From assembly GCF_004010195.1 (NCBI RefSeq), contig NC_057745.1:17747145-17811144 (forward strand): a DNA stretch of 64,000 nucleotides. Reading direction: 5' to 3'. The notes under the pieces were generated by a model. The model had not been told where the DNA came from and made no database searches. It saw nothing but the letters and a program-made list of their open reading frames with translations. This DNA is from Chiloscyllium plagiosum (taxonomy: Eukaryota). How positions within the stretch are numbered: the first letter of the stretch is position 1; each line of letters starts with the position of its first letter. Shown one piece after another: positions 26,870 to 39,334 of this stretch. A program made the translations under genes and the position numbers.

Positions 26870-27509
26870 TCAGCAGCGAAAAATCAGAATGGTGTGTTGC
26901 TTTCCTGGTGCCAGGATCAAGGATGTCTCGGAAAGGGTGCAGAATGTTCTCACAGGGGAGAGGGGCCAGCAAGAGGTCATTGTCCACATTGAAACCAATG
27001 ACATGGGAAGGGAAAAGGTTGAGATTCTGAAGGGTGACTACAGAGAATTAGGCAGGAATTTAAAAAGGAGGTCCTCGAGAGTAGTAATATCTGGATTACT
27101 CCCAGTGCTACAAGCTAGGGAGGGCAGGAATAGGAGTAAAGAGCAAATTAATGCATGGCTGAGGAGCTGGTGTATGGAAGAAGGATTCACATTTTTGGAC
27201 CATTGGAATCTCTTTTGGGGTAGGTTTAGGGTAAGAGGGGAAAGATATAAAAGGGACCTAAGGGGCAACTTTTTCACGCAGAGGGTGGTATGTGTATGGA
27301 ATGAGCTGCCAGAGGAAGTGGTGGAGGCTGGTACAATTGCAACATTTAAAAGGCATTTTAATGGGTATATGAATAGGAAAGGTTTGGAGGGATATGGGCC
27401 GGGTGCTGGCAGGTGGGACTAAATTGGGTTGGGATATCTGGTCGGCATGGACGGGTTGGACCGAAGGTTCTGTTTCCATGCTGTACATCCCTACGACTCT
27501 ATGATTCTA
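26870..27509 (+). mobile_element. Internally deleted CR1: ORF1 SGNH-esterase fused to ORF2 C-terminus and tail
   Basis: VCCFPGARIKDV...VIVHIETND...VVISGLLP...FLDHW (ORF1 esterase) joined at ~27220 to RFRVRGERYKRDLRGNFFTQRVV. Confidence 0.88.
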
Positions 27510-27659
27510 TGTGCAGGCTAGGTGGATTGGCCATGCTAAATTGCCCATACTCAGGGGTAAATATAGGGTAGGGGAATGGGTCTGAGTGGGTTATTCTTCG
27601 GAGGGTCAGTGTGGACTTGTTGGGCCGAAGGGCCTGTTTGCACACAGTAGGGAATCTAA
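27510..27659 (+). mobile_element. HE1 SINE 3' half abutting the CR1 tail
   Basis: gtgcaggctaggtggattggccatgctaaattgccc...gggccgaagggcctgttt. Confidence 0.85.
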
Positions 27660-28085
27660 GAAAAAAAATCGGGGTCTGATCCCTCATTGAAATAATCTTT
27701 TTTGTCCTGAAAGGAGGTTTCTGTTTGCCTTTACACGCCACAACTGTTACCCAGCACAGACTGGGCAACAGGAATTTTACATAAATCAGTCTAAGACCAG
27801 ATGCATCTGAGCTTTTTGCTTGGTCTCAAGGTTGTCTTTCATTGGAAAGCTCCTGATCATATCAAATTAGGTCGAGGGAAGGAACCACTTTTCTTTAATT
27901 AGCTGCCTTAAAGTAAATTGCAGGAAGGAAAGGAAAGCTTTGTACAAATTAATAAAGGATGAAGAAGGTACAAAGTCTGATCCAGCTTGAGTTTGAGACG
28001 AGAAAACTGCAAATGCTCGAATCCAAAGTAGATTAGCAGGAGGCTGGAAGAACACAGCAAGCCAGGTAGCATCAGGAGGTGGAGA

Positions 28086-28120
28086 AGTCGACATTTCAGG
28101 TGTAACCCTTCTTCAGGACT
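28086..28120 (-). ncRNA. Minimal hammerhead motif with 4-bp helix I
   Basis: Reverse complement agtc-CTGAAGA-A-GGG-ttaca-CCT-GAA-ATGT-C-gact (ACGT palindrome decayed to ATGT). Confidence 0.6.
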
Positions 28121-28781
28121 GGGGTGGGTGTGGGGAATTGCAGATAAAGAGGGTGGTGGAGGCAGGGTGGTGAAGTGGGGATAGGTGAAGACAGGCAGAG
28201 GGTACGACCTGGTTAGTCAGTGGAACTGTAAGTAAACATTATTTCAACAGCATCTCAAACATCAAAAACTGTATGCACAACAAACTTTTATCTACCCACC
28301 TCCATAACCAGCGCTCCTCGAACATTCCAGAAGATTCCCCCGGCCTCTGGAACTGCTCGGACGCCATTAGCCATGCAGCTGGTGCACCTGCCACCCCCAC
28401 GATGATTGATGATGTCAATTCCGCCCCCACCATGGCCACTCCCACAACAATTTCCGCCCCTCACAATTCCTCATGCATCACACGTGACATCACTTCCGCC
28501 CCTCACATCATTGCTGATGTCACACGCTCAGTGACTTCCGCCACCCCTACTGACGTATCTGCCACCACTTCCGCCCCCACCAATGCCACTCACCTGCATT
28601 CTGCTGACACGCCCCCCACAGATCCCACTGTCACCATTTCCAAGTTGGAAAGAAACTGGTTATTTCCCTGGAAGTTGTGTTATGCAATGTTGCATTCAGG
28701 GAGAGCAGAGGATTTGATTGAACTAACCCTGGGTGAGGTCTGGGGGCTGTATTCACATTGAATCTGGGTCTGCAGCACTGA

Positions 28782-30430
28782 CTCCAACCTCTCCCTATCT
28801 GAGTGTTCTGCACTCCTCTCCCTCCACTCCAACCCCAACCTCACCATTAAACCAGCTGACAAGAGAGTGCTGTGATATATTGGTGCACTGCCCTCTACCT
28901 CGCCGAAGGCACATGCCAACTCGCTGGCATCACCTCATACCGCCTGCTAAATTATGACCAGACCATCATCGCTGAGACCATGCACGATCTCGTCGTCTCC
29001 CATTACTACCCGTTTCTATGTTCTCTCCAAAGTTCATAAACCTGACTGCTCCAGCCGACTGATCATTACTGTCTGCACCTGCCCCAATGAACCCATCTCC
29101 TTTTATTTCCATTCTGTCCTGTCCCCGTTGGTCCAGGAAGGCTCCACCTACATTCAGGACATCATCTACACCATTCACCTTCTCCACAGCTTTCAGTTCA
29201 CTGGCCCCCACAATCTCATCTTCATCATGGACATTCAGTCTCTTGACATCTGTGTCCTCCATGAGGAGGACCTCAAGGCCCTCCATTGCTTCCTCACTCA
29301 CAGACCCACCCAGTCCCCCTCATCTGACACCTTCCTGAGAGAATTCGTCCTTGCCCTTAACAACATTTCTTTTCAATCCTCCTACTCACTTGCAAACCAG
29401 AGGGGTGGCTATGGACACCTGCATGGGTCGAATCGATTCCTACCTCTTTGTAGGTCACATAGAACAGTCCCTCTTCTGTAGTTATCCCGGCACTATCCCC
29501 CACCTTTTCCTCTGCTGCATTGATGACTGCATCAGCGCTGCTTCGTGCTCCCACAAGCAGCTTGAATAGTTCATTAATTACTCCAACACCTTCCACCCTG
29601 TCCTCAACTTCACCTGGACCATCTCCGACACCTCGCTCCTCTTCCAGGATCTCTCTGTCTCCATCTCCAGCAAGCGACTTACCATGGACATGTATTAGAA
29701 ACCCACCATCTCCCACATCTGCTTCGATTCCACATCGTCCCAAATACCCTGCTGCAAAAATGCAATCCCATACTTCAAATTCCTCCAGCATATCTGCTCC
29801 CAGGATGAGCAATTCCACTCCAGGACATACCAGGTGTTCTCCTCCTTCAAGGACTGCAACTTCCCCACCAGCATGATCATCAATACCCTCAGCCACATCT
29901 CCTACATTTCCTGCAGCTTTGTCCTCAAACAGAATCCTTCCCAGATACACAAGGATAGATTGCCCCTGGTCCACATATTCCACCCCACTCATCTCCAAAT
30001 ACAGTGCATCATCCTCTGCCACTTCTACGATCTGCAATCAGATCCCACCAACAAGTTGATATTCCCCTCCCCGCCCCACTGCATTCTGCAGGATCCAATC
30101 AATCTGTGACACCCTCGTAAGGTCCATAATCCCCCCAACCCCTTGTCCACACTTGGAACTTTCCCCTCCATCTGCACAAAGTGTAAAACCTCCTACTCAC
30201 CACCATCCAAAGGCCCTGAGAATCATTCCAAATGCAGCAAAGATTCATGTGCATTTCCTCTAAATTGCCTCTGTTGCTCCTGATGTTGTCTCAACTCCTT
30301 CGGGGAGACTGAGCGCAAATTCCGGAACCAGTTCAGGGAATATTTATCATCCATACACTCCAATTGACCACACTTTCCGGTGGCCGTCCATTCCAACACC
30401 CCCCGCCCACCCCCCCACTCCTCCATCTCC
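28782..30430 (+). pseudogene. Decayed Penelope RT + GIY-YIG ORF
   Basis: LTIKPADK, RFYVLSKVHKPD, FIMDIQSL, QTRGVAM, CIDDC (from YIDD), FGETERKF; many frameshifts. Confidence 0.88.
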
Positions 30431-31402
30431 ACTAAGCCATCAGCAAATACTAAACTCTCCCGTTTCAACCTGGAGCTGGGCTGGGACTGAACACTGGAGT
30501 AAACCCTCACACCCTCCCTCTAGATCCCGCACCTAGCCCCCTACCACCCCATCCCTCTTTCAGCTGTCTTCCTTTTCCGTCCAACAACCCCATCTTCACC
30601 CCCTGCCCCCACACTCCGCTGTGCGGGATCCCACAGGAAGCAAAATGTGAAAATGGCCAATCGTTGATGGAGTGGGTTAATATCATCCTGAACGTTGGCC
30701 AAAAGTGAGTGGGGGTGGCGTGGGAGGGTGGTGGGGTGGGGGGTGTCAGATCCTGCATTTCCTACCTCTTTGCAATGCTGAGGATCCTCCTCAGTCCCAG
30801 AGCCTACTCCAAAACCCCACCCCCTCACCAAACCTCACCCCCCAAACCCCACAACCCCAGAGACAGTAATAAGATCCCATTTTCTGGATTAGTGGTGCTG
30901 GAAGAGCACAGCAGTTCAGGCAGCATCCGAGAGCAGTAAAATCGACGTTTCGGGCAAAAGCCCTTGATTAGGAATAAAGGCAGAGAGCCTGAAGCGTGGA
31001 GAGACAAGCTAAAGGAGGGTGGGGGTGGGGAGAAAGTAGCATAGAGTACAATAGGTGAGTGGGGGAGGCATCTGCAGTCATTGTTTTTACCTAGTTGATC
31101 TTAACCCTACTGCGAATCCTCTTGCAAGGATGCCTGCCTTGAAGATGTTTTCCTCTTCTCTCTACAAGAATCTCAGGGAGTCCCTCTCCCACTGCAACTC
31201 CCAGGTTATTTCCTCTGTCCTGAAGCTCTTCAACCATGCCTACCTGCCTATCTTCTTTTCCACCTATCCACTCCACCCTCCCCCCATCCCCGACCTATCA
31301 CCTTCATCCCCTCCCTCACTCACCTATTGTACTCCATGCTACTTTCTCCCCACTCCCACCCTCCTCTAGCTTATCTCTCCACGCTTCAGGTTCTCTGTCT
31401 TT

Positions 31403-31438
31403 ATTCCTGATGAAGGGCTTTTGCCCAAAACGTCCATT
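31403..31438 (+). ncRNA. Minimal hammerhead motif in Penelope 3' pLTR (G12 mutated)
   Basis: attc-CTGATGA-A-GGGC-tttt-GCCC-AAAACGTC; the inverted sister copy at ~30940-30975 retains GAAACGTC. Confidence 0.6.
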
Positions 31439-31625
31439 TTACTGCTCCTCGGATGCTGCCTGAACTGCTGTGCTCTTCCAGCACCACTAATCCAGAATCT
31501 GGTTTCCAGCATCTGCAGTCATGGTTTTTACCTGGTTAGTCAGTGACCAGCTTGGGTTTGCCAATTGTAAAAGGAAAAGAGGGTTTCAATGCTATTTCAG
31601 ACACTTCTGTTTTCTCTTGTCTAAC

Positions 31626-32101
31626 AGCTGATTTTTATAATCAGGCCAAACATAGTGCACAAGCCTGTCATTTGAGGCAGCATTCTCTGATTAACAGATG
31701 ATTGGTAAAATTTTAACTGAGAAGGTAAATAATGCAGAAGCTTACTCACCCTTTTCCTGCCTCTGGTTGACTGACTGCAAATTTGACTTGGAGACAAGGA
31801 CGCCTACATAAGGCTCATGTTTAGTTAGACAGGTCAGATTTCAATTACTTTTTGGGGCCCGACGTGCTAGTATAGCTTGAAACCTGAGTAGGAGAGCAAT
31901 ACTTGATGGCCCACTTGGGCCTACATTGCCTTAGGCTCTCTGTCAAGGCAACAGAAAAACCCTTTACTAAAGCTTCACCTTTTACTGTTTCTTTCAGTGA
32001 TCGAAGGCAGTCTCCGAGCTAGTTTTAAAGGTGGGGATGCCACTTTTGATGAGAAAGTTGCGAGATGATGTTAAAGTCGGGCCTGGCTGTTAAAATCAGT
32101 C
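31626..32101. mobile_element. MITE-like element
   Basis: TIR-like agctgatttttataatcaggcc and ggcctggctgttaaaatcagtc. Confidence 0.5.
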
Positions 32102-32430
32102 AAGCTTTCCTACACCTGCTCCCAATAGATGAACATTCCACCTGGGAGGAAAAGTTCATCCCTTTGCCACTGGATTACACTCCAACACTTCCCTATAATA
32201 TTTCAGAAGTCAATTAATGTATCACCACATACCAATTAGAACCGGCACAACACAGATGTATTCAAACACTGTCATTTATACCAGGAAGCAGTAAATGGCT
32301 GATCAAAAGTGACAGCTTTGAAATGATCCATGAATATTGACAGTCTGTCTGTCAATCTCTGTGAATGGTTGTAATAGTAGCTATACAGATGCATCTTGGA
32401 ATAACTGCTTAAGGAATAAGAGCCTTACAT

Positions 32431-32654
32431 GCACTTTTGTATGTAACAGTATTGTCTAATGTACAAATGTCATTGTCACTGTCTTGTCATATGTGGAACT
32501 GGGATTTGAGGTTTGTCCTCATCGCCCTGTAAAATGGTTGAACAGTAGGGTTTGGGGCCCAGCTTTGCTGCTCCTCTCCCTTGTAAAGTTGCTGTCTCTT
32601 GTGTACAGCTGTAAATGTTTTTTGTAAACTGTTTTGTAATTTGTTTAATAAAAT
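32431..32654 (+). mobile_element. TSD-flanked 224-bp retro-insertion ending in AATAAA (L1/Tx1 3' UTR or mRNA 3' end)
   Basis: Perfect 15-bp TSD ataagagccttacat at 32416-32430 and 32655-32669; T-rich body; AATAAA at 32647-32652. Confidence 0.75.
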
Positions 32655-32759
32655 ATAAGAGCCTTACATTCTTCCTCAGAATTCCGCCCTTCCCATGGAA
32701 CTGCATCTTAGCATCTGTAGTGGCTCTGTTAAAATTCCAACTATAACTGGGTAGTCTGT

Positions 32760-32960
32760 ATGTGGAATGAACAGCCAGAGGAAGTGATAGATGCAATTAC
32801 AATCTTTAAAAAACATTTAGGCAGGTACATGAATAGGAACGGTTTAGAGGGATATGGACCTAGTACAGGCACATGGGACCAGTTTAGTTTGGGAAACCCA
32901 GTTGGCATGGACAAGTTGGACCGAAGAATCTGTTTCTGTGCTTATGACTCTGACTCTATG
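32760..32960 (+). mobile_element. CR1 3' end
   Basis: WNEQPEEV...FKKHLGRYM; tgactctgactctatg tail. Confidence 0.85.
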
Positions 32961-35774
32961 GTATATCAAAAATGTTTTAAGAGTGAAGGAAAGTGAAGCA
33001 GGATATATGACTAGCATCTGATCATTAGTGTTTGGAATTACCGTTTCCCTTTAGCCCTCTGGCACGTTGCCCCATTTCCCAAATACTTTCTGACATTGAT
33101 TGGATTATTCAGTCATGTTTTGGCGATGTACGTTGTTGGTGATATAAAGTTTTTAGTACTAATGAGTCTACCAACACACTTCTGGGGCAGCGTTTAATTT
33201 GTCTGCTGATTGCTTTCCTGATTTGCTTGTGGCATAGTCCAATCAGTTCAATGTTTTGGACTTACATCAGCCAAAAAACTTTAGAATTATTTTGTGGAAC
33301 CCCTTCCAATCTAAAGTTTGCAATGGCAGGAGTCAAAACAGGGAATAAACAAAAGAAGCACATTGTTAAGAAATTAAGATATCAAAACTATTATTCAGAA
33401 ACTCATGTTTCGAAAGAATTAAAGTTGATGAGAAAATGAATCACAAAGGAGAATGTGCAGAAGAGGTATGAGAGGTAAAGTGCATATGTTCATATTTCAT
33501 TTTTAATTTGAAGTATACACTGAGAGCTGTTGGAGTTATCTAGAGTATGTAATACTTCTGATTGGAAGAGCTTTATCATTGCGCTATTAGCGTTTATTTT
33601 CAGTGTTTTTGTTTATTATAAAAGGTGGGCTAACAAGGCAGTGATTAATTTTGGAAACTTGATGGTAAACTAAAGGGTTGATTCCATGACCAAGTTCTAT
33701 CGGCAACAAGCTTCACATAGAGAGCTTTGGACAAGGAATTGCCAACTTGGAAATCTTGATTTTTGTCATTTTTGAAAGAAAATCAGAGTTGGTGTTTCCC
33801 AAGCAGTGCTCCCTCTGATTGTCCAAGAGATGAATTGGCCATAAAAATCTATTGCGCCCCTCGATTGAATTTTGAAAGCTGCAAGTCGTTTAGGAAGGAG
33901 GTGGAGCTATGAAAAGGTGAAAGATTGGCTCTGTTTATTAATGATAGTATTAGAACAAATGAGAAGGTGCAGTTTGGGCAGAGATGAGAAATGAAACAGG
34001 CAATAAGTTATTTGGGTGTGCGTGTGCATGTGTGTGTGTTGAACAGGTTTCCCCAACAGAAACCACACAGAAGAATGGAGTTTGAAGGACAACATAATGG
34101 GATCTTGTCTGAAAGGTATGGCAATCATCTTGCGGGATCTTAACCAGCATATAGATTGAGGAATAGACTAGTATTTCAACTTAACTAAGAGTGATTAAGA
34201 GGGCATGAAAGCAAAGCTAGCTAAACAGAGTAGGCAAATTACGTTAAGGAATAGGTCAATAGAGATGGAGTAGCAGACATTTAATGAAATATTTCAACAT
34301 ATGAGAACAGACGTATTTTGATGAGGAAGAAAATTCTAAGGGAAGAATGTACCATCTGTGATTAACTAAAAAATTTAAAGTCAGCATCAGGCTTAAAGAT
34401 GGCATATAACTTTACCAAGACTGATGACAGGTCAAAAGATTGGACAGGATATAAAAAGCAGTAAAGATCAAAGAGTTTAAAAGGATGAAAAATTAGAGTA
34501 CGAGGGAAAGCTAGCTAGAATGATAAAATGTGAAAGTAGAAGCTTTTAAGATAGTTAGGAAAGAAAAGTGTTAACAAAGTACATGCTGGTCCTATAGAAA
34601 ATGCATCTGGGGAATTAATAAGGAGGTGGCAGATGAATTGAACTAGTGTTTTGCATCAGTGTTCACTCTGAGGGATGCAAGTAACATCCCCAAAATAGTT
34701 GAAAATCAGGAAATGAAAGAAAGAGAGGAAGTCAAGAAAATTAGAATCAGCAGGCAAGTGGCAGGAAGCGAATTGTGCACCTGTTCTGATAGAGTCCACC
34801 CGAGTCTCATAAAAGAAATGCTTAGTGAGATAGTTAGTTATAATTTTCCAAAATTCCCTAGATTGAGGGAAGGTTCCATCAATTGTAAAATTACAAATGT
34901 AACTCCTTTATTCAAAAAGAGAGGGAGGCATGCAGCAGGAAAACTATTGGCCAGTTGGCTTAATAACTGTCAAAATGAAGATATTGGAAATTATTATAAA
35001 GATGTGATATCAGGGCACTTATAAATTCAAGGGAATCAAGCATGGTTGTGTGAACAGAAAATCATGTTTAACCAGTTTATTGGAGTTGTGAATAAAGGGG
35101 AATTGCTGAATATACTATAATTAGATTTAAAGAAGGCATTTGATAAAAGTGCCACAGCAAATATTATTGAGGAAAGTAAAATTTCATAGTGTAATGGGGA
35201 GGTATCACACTGGCAAGAGCAGGAGACAGAGAAAAGGGATAAATAAATCATTTTCTGTTTGCAAGATGTAATGTCTTAAGTGCCACAGAATTCATTGCTG
35301 AGGCCTCAATTTTATTTACAAATTATGTAAATAAATTGGCTGAAGGAACCAAAGGTATGGTTGCTAGTTTTGATGATGACACAAAGATAGGTCAGAAAGT
35401 AAGTTGAGTAGAACATATAAAGAGGTTCAAAAAGGATGTAGATAGAGTAAATGAGTGGACAAAGATCTGGCAAATGGAGTGTAATGTGGGAAAATGTCTA
35501 ATTGACCATTTTGGGAGGAGTAACAAAAAAGAAGCCTGTTATCTAAATGGAGGGAGATTGCAGCGCTCTGAGATGTAGAAGAATCTGAATGTCCTAGTTC
35601 ATGAAGTACAAAAGGTTAGTACACACTTGTCAAATGATAATGAAAACTAATAGAATATTATCATTTAGTGCAAGAGGAATTGAGTACAAAGGTAGAGAGA
35701 TTTTGCTTCAGTTATATACAGCATTGGTGAGACCACACCTGGAGTACTGTGTGCAATATTTCACCTTACAAAAT

Positions 35775-37340
35775 TTCAGTCATGGGATATGAGTGTCGCT
35801 GGCTGACCAGCATTTATTGCCTGTCCCTAACTGCCCTTGAAAGGTAGTGGTGAGCTGCTTTCTTGAACTGTTACAGTCCATATCTGGTAGATAGACCCAT
35901 AATGACCTTAGTCAGATGTCACATGACACCAGGTTACAATCCAACAGCTTTATTTAAAATCACAAGCTTTCAGAGTGCTGCTCCTTCATCAGGTGAAGTG
36001 ATGTCCTTAGAGAAGGAGTTCCAGGATTTTGACCCCGCGACAGTGAAGGAATTGTGATATATTTCTCAGTAAGGATGGTGGTGGGTTGGAGGGGACCTTG
36101 CAAGTGGTAGTATTTCCATGTATCTGCTGCCCTTGCCCTTCTAGATGGAAGTAGCCATGAGTTTGGAAGGGATTTTTTAAAGATCTTTGGTGATCTTCAG
36201 CAGTGCATCTTGCAGATGGTACACACTTCTTCTACTGCTGAGTGTCAGTGGTGATTGGACTTTGTGGATGTAGTGCCAATCAAGTTGTTTTGTCCTGGAT
36301 GGTGTCAGTTTCTTGAGCTGCACTCGTCCTGAGCAATATTCCATCACATGCCTGACTTGTGCTTTGTAGAGGGTGGACGGGCTTTGGGAAATCGGGAATT
36401 AAGTTACTCAACACAGTATTCCTAGCCTCCTACCTGTCCTTCTAGCCACTGTACTTATATGGCTAGTCCAGGTGAGTTTCTGGTCAATGGTAATCCCCAG
36501 GATGTTGATAATGGGGAATTTAGTGAATGTCAAGGGGTGGTGGTTAGATTGTTTCATATTGGAGATGGCCATTGCCTGGCATTTGCGTTGCATGAATGTT
36601 ATTTGCTAGTTTCTCAGCCCAAGATTGAATGTTGTCTCGGTCTTGATGCATTTGAACCTGAAATGCTTCAGTATCTGAGGAGTCGCAAATGGTATTGAAC
36701 ATTGTGCAATCATCAGCGAACATCCCCTCTTCTGAACTTAGGTTGGAGGGAAGGTCATGAATGAAGCAACTGAAGATGGTTGGTCTGAGGACAATATCCC
36801 AAGAACTCCTGTAGGGATGTGCTGGAGCTGAGATGACTGACCTCCAACTACCACAACCATCTTTCTCTGTGCGAGGTACAACCTCAAACTGCAAACAGAG
36901 AGTTTGCCCTTGATTTCCATTGATTCCAGTTTTACTAGGGTTCCTTGATGTCAAGGGCTGTCACTCTCACCTCTAGAATTCAGCTCTTTTGTCCATGTTT
37001 AAACCAAGGCTGCAGAGAGATCAGGAGCTGTGTGACCCTGGCGGAACCCAAACTGAACATCACTGAGCAGGTTATTGACGCTGCTGATGACACCTTCCAT
37101 TACTTTACTGATTAAGAGTAGACTGACAGGGCAGTAATTGGCCAGGTTGAATTTGTCTTGCTTTTGTATACATGGCATATTTAGGCAATATTCCACATTG
37201 TCAGGTGGATGCCAGTATTATAGTTTGGCTATGGTTGTGTCACGTTCTGGAACACAAGTCCTCAGTGCTAATGCAGCAGAGTTGTCAAGGCCAATACCCT
37301 TTGCAGTATTCAGTGCCTCCAACTGTTTCTTGATATTACA
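35775..37340 (-). mobile_element. Second CR1/L2-superclade LINE family, RT to 3' end (continues 38125-38185)
   Basis: ANYCPVSLL, QFGFRQGH, VVVGGQSS, PTIFSCFIHDLP, MFADDCTMF. Confidence 0.85.
35912..36000 (-). mobile_element. Penelope-type pLTR fragment with intact-core hammerhead (variant B)
   Basis: TSD atgWccttag at 35902-35911 and 36001-36010; reverse complement tcac-CTGATGA-A-GGAGC-agc-ACTCT-GAA-AGCT-T-gtga. Confidence 0.78.
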
Positions 37341-37345
37341 TGTGA

Positions 37346-38122
37346 GGTAATGCACTTAGGCAAGTCTAATTCTAGAGCGAATTATACAACGAACGGAAGA
37401 GCCTTGGGAAAAATTGATGGGCAGAGAGATCTGGGAGTGCAGGTCCATTGTACCCTGAAAATTGCAGCACAGGTGGATAGAGTGGTCAAGAAGGCATATA
37501 GTATGCTTGCCTTCATTGGACGGGGTATTGAGTATAAGAGCTGGCAAGTCATGTTAACATTGTACAAGACGTTGGTTTGGCCACATTTAGAATACTGTGT
37601 ACAGTTCTGGTCACCACATTACCAAAAGGATGTGGACACTTTGGAGAGGGTGCAGAGAAGGTTTACAAGGATGTTGCCTGGTATGGAAGGTGCTAGCTAT
37701 GAAGAGAGGTTGAGTAGGTTAGGTTTATTTTCATTAGAAAAAAGGAGATTGAGGGGGGGTCCTGATTGAAGTTTACAAAATCATGAAGGGTATAGACAGG
37801 GTGGATAGAGACAAGCTTTTTCCCAAGGTGAAGGATTCACGCTTTCAAGGTGAGAGGTGGAAAGTTTAAGGGGGATACATGCGGCAAGTACGTCACACAG
37901 AGGGTGGTGGGTGTTTGGAACACATTGCCAGCACAGGTGGTAGAGGCAGGCACGGTAGATTCATTTAAGATGCGTCTGGATAAATGCATGAGTAGGTGGG
38001 GAGTAGAGGGATACAGATGCTTAGGAATTGACCGACAGATTTAGACAGTACATTTGGATCGGCTCAGGCTTGGAGGGCCGAAGGGCCTGTTCTGGTGCTG
38101 TAAGTTTTCTTTGTTCTTTGTT
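37346..38122 (+). mobile_element. Younger CR1 3' fragment
   Basis: 139-aa open ORF MHLGKSN...RDLGVQV...LEYCVQFWSPH; ttctttgttctttgtt tail. Confidence 0.92.
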
Positions 38123-39145
38123 CACACGGTGTGAACTGTATTGGCTGAAAGCTGGTAACTGTGATGCTGGAGACCACTAGAGGACTAATAATTCAAAAGC
38201 ATTGTCAGCAGTTCAGCATAAGTTTTTTAGACTAATATCTAGAATGAGCACGTTGGCTTACAAGGAAATTTTGGACAGGCTGGACTCGGTATTTAGAAGG
38301 GTAAGAGATAACCTGATTGAAACGTATTAGATTTTGAGGAGTCCTGACCACACAGGTGTGGAAAGGATGATTCCTTTCATAGGAGAATTTGAAATTAAAG
38401 AATTGCTGTTTCAAATTAGGGGAATGTCCATTGCAATCAGATTTTTTTTCTCTTAGAAGATCAACAGTCTTTGGAATTCTTGCCCTTAAATGGCAGTGGA
38501 GGCAGAATATTTTTAAGGCAAAGCTGGATCGATTCTGATAAATAAGGGGGTGCAAGGTTCCCAGGGGTCGGCAGGAATGTGGAGCTATCAGAGCAGCCAA
38601 GGTCTCACTATATATTGAAGCAGACGTGATAGTCCAAGCGCCTGCTCCTGCTCCTAATGTGTATGTCTATATGTAACTCCATTCCATTCCTTTCTGAATG
38701 GCTAAATCATTGTAATTCGCAAACACTTGTCTGAACTGTAAACTATAAACTTGTATGCTAGATCCAACTTTAGAACAAGTAAAAGCAAAAATTCTTAAGA
38801 TGATGAGTTTGGAGCATTCCAGAAAAATTGTTGCTGATTAAACTGAGTGATGTTCATTAACCTACTCACTCCTCAGACTTGCAGACATTTCTATACCCTG
38901 TAACTAAGGAGGGAACTTTAAGTGAGCTATTTAAATTTGACTTTCTATATTAAGCAATTCCAATGAAAGGTTAAAAATACATGTGGTGATTGTTTGTGAC
39001 CACATCATTGTAACATGTTATGATGTAAAGTAGCCAAACTAAGTTCTATAGTTCTGATGCATCATTAGATTTTTTTGCTGTGTAATTCATGGCTGCTGCT
39101 TATTTTGGGCCTGTGGTTTTTCTCTGTTATTAAAAATATGACTAA

Positions 39146-39334
<189 letters not shown>

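Larger units (their letters stand above)
27996..31546. mobile_element. Nested Penelope complex
   Basis: Outer minus pLTR (27996-28222) with TSD ccagcttgRgtttg (27982-27995, 31547-31560); inner insert 28223-31529 with 16-bp TSD acctggttagtcagtg (28207-28222, 31530-31545). Confidence 0.85.
33890..38670 (+). mobile_element. Old CR1 LINE (33890-35760, resumes 38185-38670) interrupted by nested elements
   Basis: NVTPLFKK, LDLKKAFDK, FDDDTKIG, LYTALVRPHLEYCVQY; 3' part after 38185. Confidence 0.78.

Noticed and set aside
28273-28761. Mucin-like Thr/Pro/Ser-rich 162-aa ORF
   Set aside because: It lies inside the TSD-bounded Penelope composite, reads through into unrelated DNA and has no splice support.
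29357-30037. 226-aa minus-strand ORF
   Set aside because: Antisense shadow of the C-rich Penelope RT.
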